64,000 nt of DNA from an uncultured Candidatus Saccharibacteria bacterium (lineage in GTDB: Bacteria; Patescibacteriota; Doudnabacteria; UBA920). Positions 9,801 to 20,705 of this stretch are shown one piece after another; position 1 is the first letter of the stretch, and each line of letters starts with the position of its first letter. The notes below the pieces were generated by a model. It saw only the letters and a list, made by a program, of their open reading frames with translations. It did not search any database and was not told where the DNA came from. The stretch covers positions 39,343 through 103,342 of the forward strand of contig CAZTXY010000002.1 of NCBI GenBank assembly GCA_964617815.1, written 5' to 3'. A program made the translations under genes and the position numbers.

Positions 9801-10793
9801 ACGGCCACCATCAAGTTGCACCATTGGGCGAAGGTCTGGAGGAATAACTGGCAAGTGAGTAGTTAACATCCATTCAGGACGAAGACCTGCATTGATTAAA
9901 GACTTAGCCAACTTTAATCTGCGCAAAGCTTTCTTTGCGGCTTGGCCTTCCAAATTTTTAACCTGAGTTTCAAGGTCACTTGCAAGCTGTTCAAGGTTTA
10001 CTTCTTCAAGCAACCCTTGCAAAGCCTCAGCACCAATACCTGCTGTAAAAACAGGACCGTACTTCATAGATAAATCGCGGTAATCTAGCTCAGAGATAAT
10101 TTGCATTTTTTTAATGCTCTTTAACTCGCTTCTGGCTTGATCGCGAATGTCTTCTAAATTTTTAAGCTCTTTGGCCCACAAGTCTTGCAAGCGGGTAATC
10201 TCTGCGTCAACTTTAGCGGCCAAAACATCTGCATCTTGTTTTTTGCCAGCCTCTTGGTGAACACTACTACGAGCTTTAGCAATTAAAGTTTCATAACGGC
10301 TCTCTATATCTTTTTTCTTAGCTTTAAACTCACCTTCAATCTGCTCAACAGTGGAAGCGCGGGCATCTTCGTCAACAGAAGTAATAATATATGCGGCAAA
10401 GTAAACTAATTTTTCCAAATCCTGAACACCAAGATCAAGAACTAACCCAATACGACTTGGCACGCCACGAAGGAACCAAATGTGCGCAACAGGGACAGCC
10501 AACTTAATATGACCCATACGTTCACGACGAACTGAGGCTTTAGTAACTTCTACGCCACACTTATCACAAACAATATTTTTATAACGAATGCGTTTGTACT
10601 TACCGCAATAACATTCCCAGTCCTTAATGGGACCAAAAATCTTTTCATCAAATAAGCCGTCTTTTTCTGGACGCTGAGTTCGGTAGTTAATAGTTTCTGG
10701 CTTAGTAATCTCACCGTGAGACCAAGACAAAATTGTCTCTGGGCTAGCCAGTTTAATTTTTACACCTTTGAATTCTTCGGTCTGTGTCAACAT
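6840..10793 (-). CDS. rpoC: RNA polymerase beta' subunit
   Basis: NADFDGD catalytic motif, [11 protein letters not shown]-terminal Zn finger, TQLTMRTFH. Confidence 0.99.
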   Translation of the reverse strand: MLTQTEEFKGVKIKLASPETILSWSHGEITKPETINYRTQRPEKDGLFDEKIFGPIKDWECYCGKYKRIRYKNIVCDKCGVEVTKASVRRERMGHIKLAVPVAHIWFLRGVPSRIGLVLDLGVQDLEKLVYFAAYIITSVDEDARASTVEQIEGEFKAKKKDIESRYETLIAKARSSVHQEAGKKQDADVLAAKVDAEITRLQDLWAKELKNLEDIRDQARSELKSIKKMQIISELDYRDLSMKYGPVFTAGIGAEALQGLLEEVNLEQLASDLETQVKNLEGQAAKKALRRLKLAKSLINAGLRPEWMLTTHLPVIPPDLRPMVQLDGGRFAASDLNDLYRRVINRNNRLKKLLEIKSPEVITRNEKRMLQEAVDALIDNSVRHGKEVTASTGQKRKLRSLADMLKGKQGRFRQNLLGKRVDYSGRSVIVVGPHLKLHQCGLPKLMALELFKPFVISKLIAREYAHNVRSANRLIEQARTEVYDILEEVTKDHYVLLNRAPTLHRLGFQAFQPVLIEGKAIQLHPMVCAAFNADFDGDQMAVHVPLTEAAQKEAREIMVSAHNLLKPASGNPVMTPDKDVVVGCFYITKMREGLKGEGKIFADSSEALMAYNNGYVHVQARIKVRFDNGEIVETSVGRLIFNKIVPPELGYRNEAFDKKRLQALVREAYRMFGNEKTAELIDEIKRTGFTYMKKSGLSWGMDDLRVPDNKYDILKTADEEVQASYEQHREGLLTEDERYGRVIEIWAGASEKIAKAVVGTVEDHSTVNYMVSSGARGSFSQINQMAGMKGLVVNPAGDVIELPCRGSFKEGLGVLEYFISTHGSRKGMSDTALRTADAGYLTRRLVDVAQDVVVNAEDCGTESFDIISRVESDAMNKAFDRRLFGRVAAEDIKDKEGNLIVARNNGIDDEQAKIIADSETSEVKCRSVLKCKLTRGICRVCYGYDLGFNKMVELGAAVGIVAAQAIGEPGTQLTMRTFHTGGSASVKDITQGLPRVEELFEVREPKGQATVAEIDGQVSITSVSSKEQVVVISGADVKKDMYTMPTGSQPFVKNGAHAENGDSLFVDETGKTIKAENVGIVRIDKNSLVVVHESDELKEYSIPGSFSLLVKEGDLVTKGQPLTEGNLNPSQIMELQGTEAAQKYVVKEVQDIYVSQGQDIHDKHVEVIVRQMFGKVRVIDSGDSDFITSDMADKARFDEINEHLVKNGKQPAKAEQLLMGITKISLNTDSFLAAASFQETTRVLIEAAVTGKTDYLRGLKENVIIGKLIPAGTGFNPAAAQEILDAATLAANIGAGGDAEMEAAPVADIVPEALAE

Positions 10794-10800
10794 AGTAGTA

Positions 10801-10863
10801 AAATATCTAATTTCTAATGTCTAATGAGCTCTTTAGAAATTACTGATTAGTTATTAGAAATTA
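10801..10863. repeat. Inverted pair of heptamer arrays in rpoB-rpoC spacer
   Basis: ATCTAAT TTCTAAT GTCTAAT ... TTAGAAA TTACTGA TTAGTTA TTAGAAA TTA. Confidence 0.65.
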
Positions 10864-13800
10864 TTTCTTAGCCTTATCTTTCTTTTTCTTGTCTTTTTTG
10901 AGTGGTTCGTCAAATAAAGACACAGTTGGAACTTGCGGTATCGACACAACCGCAGGGGCGTCGTCTATAGTAGGATCTCGTTCTTCCGTTGCACTGCTTA
11001 CCTGGCCACCTTCGCCAAGAAGCTCAACGTCGAGCGACAAACTTTGTAATTCTTTAACCAAAACACGGAATGACTCTGGTACATTTGGCTTTTTAATTGG
11101 CTCACCTTTAACAATAGCTTCATAAGTTTTACTGCGGCCAACCACGTCGTCGGATTTGATTGTCAGCATTTCTTGCAAAGTGTGTGCAGCACCATAACCT
11201 TCGAGCGCCCACACTTCCATTTCACCAAAACGCTGTCCACCAAACTGAGCTTTACCACCAAGTGGCTGTTGAGTAATTAAACTGTATGGTCCAGTACTTC
11301 GAGCATGCATTTTGTCGTCTACTAAGTGATGCAGTTTCAAAATATAAGTAATACCAACGGTGACACGCTCATCAAATGACTCACCAGTCTTACCGTCGTA
11401 TAAAGTGACCTTACCGTCTTTTGGAATACCAGCTTTTTCTAGCTCTTCTTTTATCTGATCTTCTGAAATTCCATCAAGTACTGGAGTTGCAATGTTGTAA
11501 CCCAAACGTTTAGCAGCAATACCCAAATGGGTTTCTAAAATCTGACCCAAGTTCATACGACTCACCACACCAAGAGGGTTTAAGATAATATCGACAGGTG
11601 TTCCATCTTCCATAAATGGCATATCTTCGACAGGAATAATTTTAGAGATAACACCCTTGTTTCCATGACGGCCAGCCATTTTATCTCCAACTTGAATTTT
11701 GCGCAAAACCGCAACTGAAACTTGAATAGACCGAATAACCCCAGAAGGGAGCTTGTCACCAACATCTCTCCTAAACTCACGGATGTTAACAACCTTACCG
11801 TACTCACCATGTGGCAAAGACAGAGAAGTGTCTTTGACGTCGCGGGATTTTTCACCAAAAATAACTCGTAATAGTTTTTCTTCGGCAGTTAAATCGGTTT
11901 CACCTTTTGGTGTAATTTTTCCAACTAAAATATCACCGGCTTTAACTTGTGCGCCAATACGAATTACACCAGTCTCGTCTAAATCTTTCAATTTTTCTTC
12001 ACCAACATTTGGAATATCACGAGTCACAATTTCAGGACCTAACTTAGTATCGCGAACATCAATTTTAAAATCTTCAATATGGACAGACGTGTAGCGATCT
12101 TGTTGCACTAAGCGCGAAGACAACAAAATAGCATCTTCGTAGTTTCCACCTTCCCAAGACATAAAGGCTACGAGCAAATTCTGCCCCAAGGCTAATTCAC
12201 CATGTTCGGTGGAAGTACCGTCGGCCAAAACGTCCCCTGCTTTTACTTTTTGACCACGAGTGACGCGCGCAATTTGGTTGATAGAAGTTCCACTATTAGT
12301 ACGGACGAACTTCAAAAGATCATACTCTTTTTTCTTACCCGAATCGTTTTGAACAATAATCTTGTCACCCATAACACTATGGACGACTCCAGACTCTTCT
12401 GACATAACCACTTGACCACTATCACGAGCAGCCTTACCTTCCATACCTGTACCAACAATTGGTGCTTGTGGAGCGATACAACTAACAGCCTGACGTTGCA
12501 TGTTACTGCCCATCAACGCGCGGTTAGCATCATCATGTTCCAAAAATGGAATAAGAGAAGTTGTAACAGAAATGATTTGTTTTGGGGAAACATCTAAACA
12601 GTCAATGTCGTTGGTCTCTGCAATGCTTGGCACGCCATGAACACGAACAGAAGTTCGCTCTTCAGTAAAGTAACCGTTTTCATCAACTTCAATGTTTGCC
12701 TGACCAATTGTTAAACGTTCTTCTTCGTAGGCGTCTAAATATTCTACCTTAGTTGTCACACGTGGCTTAATGCGCATTTCTTCCAAATCAACAACGCCTT
12801 TAAGTTCTTTAGCCTGCGCTTCGGTAATGACTGAGCCGGCTTGGACAATAATTTTTTTAGCATCTTTAATGTCGAAGATTGCAATCTCGCCCACTGCGTC
12901 TTTACCATCATTTTTGGCTACTGTCTTAACTTGGCGATATGGAGTCTCAATAAAACCAAAGTCATTAACCTTGGCGTAGGTGGCTAAGTGAGCAACCAAA
13001 CCAATGTTTGGTCCTTCAGGAGTGGTAATAGGACAAAGACGACCGTAGTGAGAACGGTGCACATCGCGAACTTCAAAACCAGCGCGCTCGCGAGACAACC
13101 CGCCAGGACCCATAGCAGAAAGGCGGCGCTTGTGCTCAAGTTCGGCTAATGGATTAGTTTGGTCCATAAACTGAGACAACTGTGAAGAAGAAAAGAACTC
13201 CTGCATAGCTGCAACAATTGGGCGCACGTGAATTAACTGAGCTGGAGTGACTGTTTCAAGGTCGGCCAGCGACATGCGATCCTTAGCAATACGAGCCATA
13301 CGTGCAAGACCCACACGGTAGCGAGTTTGGATTAACTCTCCTGCGGCGCGAACACGGCGGTTTGCCAAATGATCAATATCATCGGCAGCGGTTTGAGCAT
13401 TGTTTAAACGAATAATTTCTTTAACAACAGAAACAATATCTTCCTTAGTTAAAATGCGGCTATCATTGTCTTTTGGAAAATCGAGGCGTTGATTAAACTT
13501 ATAACGCCCAACTTCAGAAAGGTCATAGCGTTCAAAGTTAAAGAACATTGCAGTGATTAAAGATTTTGCGTTATCGACTGTGGCTAAATCTCCAGGACGA
13601 ATACGCTTATAGACTTCCTTAAATCCTTCATCTGCTGTAGTGGATGCATCTTTATCTAGAGTTGCTTGAATGAAACGATTTTCTGGATCTGTATCAACAT
13701 CTTTAAACTCTTCTAAAATTTCTTCATTAGTAGTTAAACCAAAAACACGCAGAAGAGCAGTAATAGGAATCCTGCGTTTGCGGTCAATTTTTACACCAAT

Positions 13801-14355
13801 AATATTAGCGTTGTCTGTATCGAGTTCAAGCCAAGCACCGCGGTTAGGAACGATCTTAGCGCCATAGACATTACGGCCACGACTAAACTCAGCTGTAAAA
13901 AAGACACCTGGGGATTTTATCAACTGGCTTACAACCACGCGCTCCACACCATTGATGACAAAAGTGCCGCGTGGGGTTAGCAATGGAAAATCACCAAAAT
14001 ACACGTCCTGTGTTTTGGTCTTACCTGTTACCTTATTTACTAATTTTGCACTTACGTAAAGAGGGGCTTCGTAACTAGTGTTACGTTCGCGAGAAGTATT
14101 CTCGTCGTACTTTGGTTTATCAAAAAAATAATCTCCAAACCATAGTTCCAAATTTTTGCCGGTAAAATCTTTAATTGGATTTATTTCGGCTAACAACTCT
14201 TTTAAACCTTTTTCAAAAAACCATTTGTATGAATCGAGTTGAATCTCGATTAAATTTGGCATCTGCGTAACTTCAGGAAGCTTACTAAAGAAACGACGAG
14301 TCATGCCTGTACTTGTGGCGGCCAATGAGGTGGCTGGCTTGGCTTTCGATGTCAT
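10861..14355 (-). CDS. rpoB: RNA polymerase beta subunit
   Basis: [39 protein letters not shown]. Confidence 0.99.
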   Translation of the reverse strand: MTSKAKPATSLAATSTGMTRRFFSKLPEVTQMPNLIEIQLDSYKWFFEKGLKELLAEINPIKDFTGKNLELWFGDYFFDKPKYDENTSRERNTSYEAPLYVSAKLVNKVTGKTKTQDVYFGDFPLLTPRGTFVINGVERVVVSQLIKSPGVFFTAEFSRGRNVYGAKIVPNRGAWLELDTDNANIIGVKIDRKRRIPITALLRVFGLTTNEEILEEFKDVDTDPENRFIQATLDKDASTTADEGFKEVYKRIRPGDLATVDNAKSLITAMFFNFERYDLSEVGRYKFNQRLDFPKDNDSRILTKEDIVSVVKEIIRLNNAQTAADDIDHLANRRVRAAGELIQTRYRVGLARMARIAKDRMSLADLETVTPAQLIHVRPIVAAMQEFFSSSQLSQFMDQTNPLAELEHKRRLSAMGPGGLSRERAGFEVRDVHRSHYGRLCPITTPEGPNIGLVAHLATYAKVNDFGFIETPYRQVKTVAKNDGKDAVGEIAIFDIKDAKKIIVQAGSVITEAQAKELKGVVDLEEMRIKPRVTTKVEYLDAYEEERLTIGQANIEVDENGYFTEERTSVRVHGVPSIAETNDIDCLDVSPKQIISVTTSLIPFLEHDDANRALMGSNMQRQAVSCIAPQAPIVGTGMEGKAARDSGQVVMSEESGVVHSVMGDKIIVQNDSGKKKEYDLLKFVRTNSGTSINQIARVTRGQKVKAGDVLADGTSTEHGELALGQNLLVAFMSWEGGNYEDAILLSSRLVQQDRYTSVHIEDFKIDVRDTKLGPEIVTRDIPNVGEEKLKDLDETGVIRIGAQVKAGDILVGKITPKGETDLTAEEKLLRVIFGEKSRDVKDTSLSLPHGEYGKVVNIREFRRDVGDKLPSGVIRSIQVSVAVLRKIQVGDKMAGRHGNKGVISKIIPVEDMPFMEDGTPVDIILNPLGVVSRMNLGQILETHLGIAAKRLGYNIATPVLDGISEDQIKEELEKAGIPKDGKVTLYDGKTGESFDERVTVGITYILKLHHLVDDKMHARSTGPYSLITQQPLGGKAQFGGQRFGEMEVWALEGYGAAHTLQEMLTIKSDDVVGRSKTYEAIVKGEPIKKPNVPESFRVLVKELQSLSLDVELLGEGGQVSSATEERDPTIDDAPAVVSIPQVPTVSLFDEPLKKDKKKKDKAKK

Positions 14356-14684
14356 GAACAGTTCATTTCATGCAACTCTTGTATACAAGGGCTGCACTTA
14401 TTAATGATAGAGGACACGAAAGTAGCGCTACCCAGTCTTCCAATAGTCTTGAAGGCTAGTACTACTCAATAGTGGATATAGACGAAGGTTATAAATTATG
14501 CTATACTACCTTTATCTGGTTGTAAGGAATTTCTCCTACCGACAAGAAACAAAAATAAATATCTTGAGGGCAAAAAAAATACCTCCTTTTTTGCATAGAC
14601 GCAAAAAAGGCCATTTAAAAATAGGCTTAATTTCCTATAGTTTTTTCCACATATCTATTATAACTCCAAATAATACTTTGTCAA
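14356..14684 (-). promoter_or_regulatory. rpoB promoter and ~295-nt structured leader
   Basis: Minus-strand TTGACA(14679-14684)-16 bp-TATAAT(14657-14662); hairpin 14585-14610 followed by a U8 tract; hairpin 14371-14396. Confidence 0.55.
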
Positions 14685-14793
14685 GGGAAACCTTGACTTT
14701 TTTGTCTAAAAATCGCCTACTACACTCCTAGGATTCCCCTAGCAGGGGAGTTCTGCTTAGTCTTTGACTAAAAAACAATGCTATAATAAGCAT

Positions 14794-15351
14794 ATGATCT
14801 CCTATTTAAAAGGAAAAATCCTAGAAAAAACAACCAATTTTGTAATTTTAGAGAATCAGGGCATTGGATATAAGGTTTTTGTTACCCCTGAGACGCTAGA
14901 AACTGGAATTGGACAAGAAATCAGCCTTTATACTTATCAAAAGATTAGTGATGATGGGCATTTTCTCTATGGTTTGCCTAATTTTGCAACCTTGCAGTTC
15001 TTTGAAATGCTTATCAGCGTATCTGGAGTTGGCCCAAAAGTTGCTCTTGGGATCCTTTCTTCAGCAAAAACTGGCATAATTGAGCAGGCTATTGGCAATC
15101 AAGACCCTGAAATATTTACTCGGATGAGCGGAGTAGGTAAAAAAACAGCGGAGCGTATCATTTTAGAGCTTAAGAATAAAGTTTCAACTTTAGGAATAGC
15201 TTCAAATACTGGCGGTAGTGATATTTTTGATGCTTTAGTGGCTTTAGGCTATAAAAATTATGAAGTGCGTGAAGCAATACAAAAACTAGACACTTCCCTC
15301 TCAACAGAGCAACAACTAAAGGAAGCTTTAAAATTACTAAGTAACAAATAA
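14794..15351 (+). CDS. ruvA: Holliday junction branch migration protein RuvA
   Basis: MISYLKGKI start, LISVSGVGPKVAL, GVGKKTAERIILELK, ALVALGY; TATAAT 6 nt before ATG. Confidence 0.96.
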   Translation: MISYLKGKILEKTTNFVILENQGIGYKVFVTPETLETGIGQEISLYTYQKISDDGHFLYGLPNFATLQFFEMLISVSGVGPKVALGILSSAKTGIIEQAIGNQDPEIFTRMSGVGKKTAERIILELKNKVSTLGIASNTGGSDIFDALVALGYKNYEVREAIQKLDTSLSTEQQLKEALKLLSNK

Positions 15352-15353
15352 GC

Positions 15354-16385
15354 ATGCAATTTATTGCTCTAGAGGAACAAGACAAGCAAAGATATAATGA
15401 TTTTGTCATTGGACATGATGGCAGCTTTTTGCAAAGTTGGGACTGGGGTAACTGGCAAGAATTTGCCGGCAAACAGGCCCACCGCTTTTTCATTAACGAC
15501 GATACCGGGGTAACCCTTTTAGCAGGACAGGTTGTAACGACAGCAGCCCTACTAAATAAATTCTATTTGTATACGCCTTATGGTCCAGTGGTACATGACC
15601 CAAATGATCAGGAAGTTTTAGCATTTTTTATAACAGAGCTACAAAAACTTTTTCCAAAAACTATTTTCATTCGCATAGAACCACAGTGGCGAACAACACA
15701 TCAACTGCCTGGGATAAAAAGTACAAATATTCAACCTGGGCGCACGCTAATAGTAGATATAAAACAATCAGAAGAGACATTACTATCACAAATGCATCCA
15801 AAGACTCGTTATAATATTCGCTTAGCACAAAAGCATGGAGTAGAAATAGAACAAGAAACTTTTTCCAACAACGAACACAGCTTATTTTTTAAAGAAGCCT
15901 TTAAATTAATTACAGAAACAGCAGAACGACAAGGATACCTTAATCATCCACTTGCATACTATGAAAAGTTGTTAGATTTTTTTTCAAAAAATAAAAGCGA
16001 AAATGCTCTCAGCATTGCTGTCTACCGCGCCATCTATAATAAAAGCTTGCTTGCCAGCAGCGTAATGATAGATTTTGGAGCCACTCGAACCTACCTATTT
16101 GGAGGATCAAGTGATCAACAAAGAAATGTCATGGCTCCCTACGCGCTACACTGGCAAGCCATGATGGACGCAAAAAAAATGGGGCTAGAAATGTACGACT
16201 TCGATGGACTTGAACTCTCAGTTGGCAAACAAGCCCAATTTGCGCGCTTCAAACAAGGCTTTGGAGGACAGATAGTGGAATTTTCAGGAGCTTACGACAT
16301 AATTCAAAATGGATTATGGTACACTATCTATAGTGTCTTGCGAAAAATTAACAGATTTATCAAACACCTTAACACTAAGTACTAA
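15354..16385 (+). CDS. FemABX-family peptidoglycan interpeptide bridge aminoacyltransferase
   Basis: FLQSWDWG, YTPYGPV, KTRYNIRLAQKHGV, YALHWQAM, RFKQGFGG. Confidence 0.9.
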   Translation: MQFIALEEQDKQRYNDFVIGHDGSFLQSWDWGNWQEFAGKQAHRFFINDDTGVTLLAGQVVTTAALLNKFYLYTPYGPVVHDPNDQEVLAFFITELQKLFPKTIFIRIEPQWRTTHQLPGIKSTNIQPGRTLIVDIKQSEETLLSQMHPKTRYNIRLAQKHGVEIEQETFSNNEHSLFFKEAFKLITETAERQGYLNHPLAYYEKLLDFFSKNKSENALSIAVYRAIYNKSLLASSVMIDFGATRTYLFGGSSDQQRNVMAPYALHWQAMMDAKKMGLEMYDFDGLELSVGKQAQFARFKQGFGGQIVEFSGAYDIIQNGLWYTIYSVLRKINRFIKHLNTKY

Positions 16386-16409
16386 GTACTTAGTACCGAG
16401 TACTTAGTT
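16371..16409. repeat. Inverted heptamer repeats at fem/LOG junction
   Basis: AACACT AAGTACT AAGTACT TAGTACC GAGTACT TAGTT; contains the fem stop codon. Confidence 0.65.
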
Positions 16410-17000
16410 ATGAAACAACAATATAAAATTTGCGTCTCGGGTTCTGCGAAAGATAACTGCTTACCTGGGGCATTTAAAAAAGCAGAGATTACTGGTTACG
16501 AAATAGCAAAACAAGGGGCAGTGCTGATGACTGGAGCTACTATTGGAATTCCGCTTTGGGCCACGCGAGGGGCAAAGCGCGGCAAAGGACTCTCTATTGG
16601 CTTGTCGCCTGCATCAACCCTAAGAGAACACATCAACACCTACAAACTGCCAACTGACTATATGGACTTAATCATTTACACAGGCTTTGATTATTCCGGG
16701 CGAAACCTGCTTCTTACACGAAGTAGTGATGCGGTCATAGAAATTTGTGGGCGTGTAGGAACGTTAAACGAATTTACCATCGCTTTTGAAGATAAAAAAC
16801 CAATCGGCGTACTTTTGGAAACTGGCGGAGTCAGCGATGAAATTAAGCACATTCTCCGAGTCTCAAAACGCGGAGAAAAAGATATTATTTTTGACACAGA
16901 TCCAAAACGCCTTGTAAAAAAAATTCTTGCTGTGTTAAGAAAAAAGGATAGAGAAATAAAAAAACACAGTAGGCCTCAATTAAAATTATCTTTAGAATAA
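16410..17000 (+). CDS. LOG-family (TIGR00725-like) nucleotide-binding protein
   Basis: ICVSGSA, LMTGATIG, GRNLLL, GRVGTLNEF. Confidence 0.85.
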   Translation: MKQQYKICVSGSAKDNCLPGAFKKAEITGYEIAKQGAVLMTGATIGIPLWATRGAKRGKGLSIGLSPASTLREHINTYKLPTDYMDLIIYTGFDYSGRNLLLTRSSDAVIEICGRVGTLNEFTIAFEDKKPIGVLLETGGVSDEIKHILRVSKRGEKDIIFDTDPKRLVKKILAVLRKKDREIKKHSRPQLKLSLE

Positions 17001-17030
17001 AAAAATCCCGCGTACAGCGGGATTTTTTTA
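16998..17030. terminator. Bidirectional intrinsic terminator
   Basis: TAAAAAAATCCCGC-GTACA-GCGGGATTTTTTTA. Confidence 0.85.
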
Positions 17031-19643
17031 TTACTTTAGTATCAAGGTGTCATTTTCAACATCAAGGCTTATAGTTGTTCCCCGGCTTGGATTTGTTGTA
17101 AGAATTAACTGAGCCAGCAAATTTTGAACATTGTCCTGAACATAACGACGAATTGGACGTGCGCCAAGGGCGGCATCATATCCTTTTGTCGCAATGTCGT
17201 TGACAGCCTGCTCTGTCCACGACAGTTTCAAGCCTTTACTATCGAGCAATTGGTTGGCCAAGCCCTGAAGTTGGAGTACAGTAATTTGCGCAACCTCTGC
17301 GGGTGACAATGGCGTAAACAAAATTATGCCATCAAAACGGTTAAGGAGTTCTGGCGCAAAATGTTTTTGCAAAATATCCGCAGATAAAGTTTTCTTAATA
17401 TCCTCCAAAGCTTTTCCATTTGTAAGCCCTGCTTGAATTTCCGATGTTCCAGCATTAGAAGTGGCGATAATAATAGTGTGAGTTAGGTTAAGCGTCTCCC
17501 CTTTTCCAGTGGTTAGGCGCCCGTCTTCTAAAATTTGCAAAAACAAATTTAAAATTTCCGGACTAGCTTTTTCAAACTCATCCAATAAAAACAAACAAAA
17601 TGGATGATTCTTCAAGTGGTTAACAAAAGGAGAATTAATTGTGTCATCCTTGCTGCCAAGAAGCTTTTGCAAACCATCCCCACCACGGTACTCAGACATG
17701 TCTAAGCGTAGTAGAAAATCTGCATCCCCAAAATAAACTTTGGTTAAAGTTTTGGCAAGCTCAGTCTTACCTACACCAGTTGGCCCTACAAACATAAATG
17801 ACCCAAGTGGCCGAGACCCGCTTTGAAGACCAGTACGAGCCCGCCTCAAAGCCTCGCTTACTGCATGAACCGCTTCTTTTTGTCCAATAATATATTTAGC
17901 CAAATCGCTTTCCAGTGATAAAAGTTTATCCGCTTCTTTTTGATTAAATGTATCTGTTGGAATGTGAGTTTTTTCACTAACATGTTGACCAATAATTTCT
18001 GCGGTAATAAGCTGGCCACCCCCACCCTTACTTCGAAGCTTAGTGGCAACTTCTGTTAGAATTCCAATAGTTTTTTGTGGTTGACCACCCCCTTGAATGT
18101 AACGATCGCTTAAATCAACAGCTGCTTCGACGGCTTGGTACAAGAAAAAAACATTGTTCTGCCCTTCTAATAAGCTTGCTTTAATACAAGAGGCTAAAAT
18201 TACACCACGGCGTGGTAAGTCCTGTAATTCATAAACTGTAAAGAGTTCATCAAAGCTTAAAGTATTTTTTAAATAATTTTGATAATCATTAGGAGTAGTC
18301 GTACCAATAACCACTAAGTTACTAGACTGTAAGTGATTTGTTAAAATTTCTAACAAACTCAGGCCTTGGCTTGTCTGAGCCTTACCTAAAACGTGCATGT
18401 CTTCTAAAACCAGAACGATATTATCTGACTTTTCTGCTTCCGAAAGCGCTTGAATCAAAACTTGTTCAGCCGGTAATTGACTACCAATAATTGCAGAGAC
18501 CTCAAGTTTAATTAAACGCTTATCTTGCAATAATGGTGGCACGGTTTCTGTAACCATTCGGTAAGCTAACTCATTAACTAAAGTACTTCGCCCTGTTCCC
18601 AGTTGTCCACTAATAAGTAAATTACGTCTACCTTCACTTAAAAAAGTGAAAAGCTTTTCTAAGTCTGGCTCTCGTCCAATTGCAACTGGCAATTTTCCAT
18701 ACTTAGCAGTGATGGTTAGATCCTGTGAAAACTGATCAAGATATTTTGTTGGGACGGCAGTCAAGCCTTTATTAATTTCATTATCCGAACGCAAATGTGA
18801 AGTTTTTCGAAAATCATTGAGCTCTTCACTAAGCATGTGCACTTCAAATACCCATGAAGCTACAATTTCTATTTTTTCCAAAGAAACATCTTGTTTCTCT
18901 AGCATGGCACGAAGAGGGTGATTCTCTGGCAACTCTTTTAAGATTGCACAAAATAGCATTAGAGAATCAACTGACTTATTCCTCAAAACAAAAGATTCTT
19001 CTAACCCTAAATATGGAATTTCTAAAATATTTAAAGTTTCGGCTGGCAAAACTTCTTCAACCTGTCCCTGAGAAACTAGACTTTGAATAATTTGACTTGC
19101 AGGCACTCCAAGCCGATACAATAATGTTTGCACTCGAGAGTCTTCCACTAAACTTTCAACGATATCTGAGAGTACCGGGAAACTGCGACCATGACTTTTG
19201 GCTTTGGCCAAAGACATGTTCCAAGCAGTCTTAGTTTTGCTGTCGAATAGATTGTATACGTCTATGGGTTTACTGCTACTTTCTTTTTGTGAGATAGCAA
19301 ACACGCTCATCGTTTCTTCACGCAAATGATTTTGTTTATACAATGCCCAAAAATAACAATCTGCTAGAACTGACAACCAAAATATAAGATAATAAAAACT
19401 ATGTCCAAAAGCGTCGAGTTCTGCTGAAGAATTTAACCGCGACCAAAATCCAAAAAGTCCGGCAACTAGTCCAACAACGCCAATTATACCGAGAATAAAA
19501 AAGCGCACGCTACTCCCTTGCTTCGCTACAGTTGCCGCAGTAATTCGGCCTTGGTTAAAACTTCCAGAAAAACAAAATATACCGTGACTGCAACGGCAAC
19601 CCAAAGACCAAGTGTCAGTTGTTTTATAAAATTCTAAGTCCAT
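17031..19643 (-). CDS. ClpA/B/C-like AAA+ ATPase with N-terminal transmembrane helices
   Basis: NBD2 GPTGVGKTELAK, LLDEFEKA, PELLNRFD, GARPIRR; NBD1 degenerate; two N-terminal hydrophobic helices. Confidence 0.9.
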   Translation of the reverse strand: MDLEFYKTTDTWSLGCRCSHGIFCFSGSFNQGRITAATVAKQGSSVRFFILGIIGVVGLVAGLFGFWSRLNSSAELDAFGHSFYYLIFWLSVLADCYFWALYKQNHLREETMSVFAISQKESSSKPIDVYNLFDSKTKTAWNMSLAKAKSHGRSFPVLSDIVESLVEDSRVQTLLYRLGVPASQIIQSLVSQGQVEEVLPAETLNILEIPYLGLEESFVLRNKSVDSLMLFCAILKELPENHPLRAMLEKQDVSLEKIEIVASWVFEVHMLSEELNDFRKTSHLRSDNEINKGLTAVPTKYLDQFSQDLTITAKYGKLPVAIGREPDLEKLFTFLSEGRRNLLISGQLGTGRSTLVNELAYRMVTETVPPLLQDKRLIKLEVSAIIGSQLPAEQVLIQALSEAEKSDNIVLVLEDMHVLGKAQTSQGLSLLEILTNHLQSSNLVVIGTTTPNDYQNYLKNTLSFDELFTVYELQDLPRRGVILASCIKASLLEGQNNVFFLYQAVEAAVDLSDRYIQGGGQPQKTIGILTEVATKLRSKGGGGQLITAEIIGQHVSEKTHIPTDTFNQKEADKLLSLESDLAKYIIGQKEAVHAVSEALRRARTGLQSGSRPLGSFMFVGPTGVGKTELAKTLTKVYFGDADFLLRLDMSEYRGGDGLQKLLGSKDDTINSPFVNHLKNHPFCLFLLDEFEKASPEILNLFLQILEDGRLTTGKGETLNLTHTIIIATSNAGTSEIQAGLTNGKALEDIKKTLSADILQKHFAPELLNRFDGIILFTPLSPAEVAQITVLQLQGLANQLLDSKGLKLSWTEQAVNDIATKGYDAALGARPIRRYVQDNVQNLLAQLILTTNPSRGTTISLDVENDTLILK

Positions 19644-19646
19644 AAC

Positions 19647-19982
19647 TTAAGATAAAGGGACTAGCTGATAAAGGATCATAATTATCGAAAGTGGAATGAC
19701 TGCAAGATATAATAAAACAAAAATAAAAGCCGCGGTTATACGAATGCCAACCCATAGAAACTTTACAATAAGCAATGCTATGCGCAAAAAAAAGCTAATA
19801 ATGATTCCTGAGCGCGTATAATCGCCATAGAGGGGTTCTTTTAAATGCCGGGCGAATAAAACAAGTCCGGTATTATGCAAACTCCCTCTAGCTTTTAGAG
19901 TAAACCATTGCCAAATAATAGTAAGGCCTGTGGTATACCACCACACAGGAAGTGTAAAAATATTAAGTGGGACTATATTCAT
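19647..19982 (-). CDS. Small membrane protein, co-transcribed with Clp ATPase
   Basis: Hydrophobic 111-aa ORF ending 3 nt before the ATPase start. Confidence 0.8.
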   Translation of the reverse strand: MNIVPLNIFTLPVWWYTTGLTIIWQWFTLKARGSLHNTGLVLFARHLKEPLYGDYTRSGIIISFFLRIALLIVKFLWVGIRITAAFIFVLLYLAVIPLSIIMILYQLVPLS

Positions 19983-20092
19983 AACTTTTGTTTCAAACTC
20001 GATTAGCTTTAATTTATTATACGATATTTGAGCATTCCTGACTAATAATTAATCATAGCGGGGCTTTTAAATTTCCTTTATAATAGCTTTAT

Positions 20093-20665
20093 ATGAAAAA
20101 AGTTATTGCAATTATAGGCGAAATGGGTTCTGGTAAAGGAACCTTTATTAAAATACTAACGTCCATAGCTGGACTTGAGGCCTTTGGCAAAGTCAGCACA
20201 TCAGGATTTTTACGAAATGCCCTTAGTCTTTGGGGACTTGAGATCACTCGCGAAAATTTACAACTTCTTCCTCAAATAATGAAGAGCAGCTTTGGCCCAG
20301 ATACTTTTTTCGATGCAGTCGCCCACGAAATAGACAACCAAAAGCAAACCACTGTTATTTTTGATGGACCAAGATTTAATGCTGACATTTTATATCTAAA
20401 ATCAAAATACGAATTGACATTGGTTTATATTGAGACTGATATTAAAACGCGCTTTGAACGAATTATCGAGCGAGGAGAAAAACAAGGGGAAAACATCACC
20501 AGTTTTGAAAAATTTTTGGAACAACACAAAGCTCCTACAGAAAGCGAAATCCCCTTTCTAAAAACTCAGGCAACCTACGTCATTAATAACAACGGTGACT
20601 TGGATAACTTAGAACAGCAGACCAAAACCTTTTACGAAAAATTTATAGCAGACAGTAACTCCTAA
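20093..20665 (+). CDS. P-loop nucleotide kinase (dephospho-CoA/NMP kinase-like)
   Basis: GEMGSGKGT, FDGPRF, RFERIIERG, INNNGDL. Confidence 0.8.
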   Translation: MKKVIAIIGEMGSGKGTFIKILTSIAGLEAFGKVSTSGFLRNALSLWGLEITRENLQLLPQIMKSSFGPDTFFDAVAHEIDNQKQTTVIFDGPRFNADILYLKSKYELTLVYIETDIKTRFERIIERGEKQGENITSFEKFLEQHKAPTESEIPFLKTQATYVINNNGDLDNLEQQTKTFYEKFIADSNS

Positions 20666-20705
20666 GCCTCTATTTAAACCATCTTATTTTATATATACTA
20701 AACCC

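Noticed and set aside
14498-14731. 77-aa plus-strand ORF
   Set aside because: Overlaps the rpoB promoter/leader; no start signals or protein-like features
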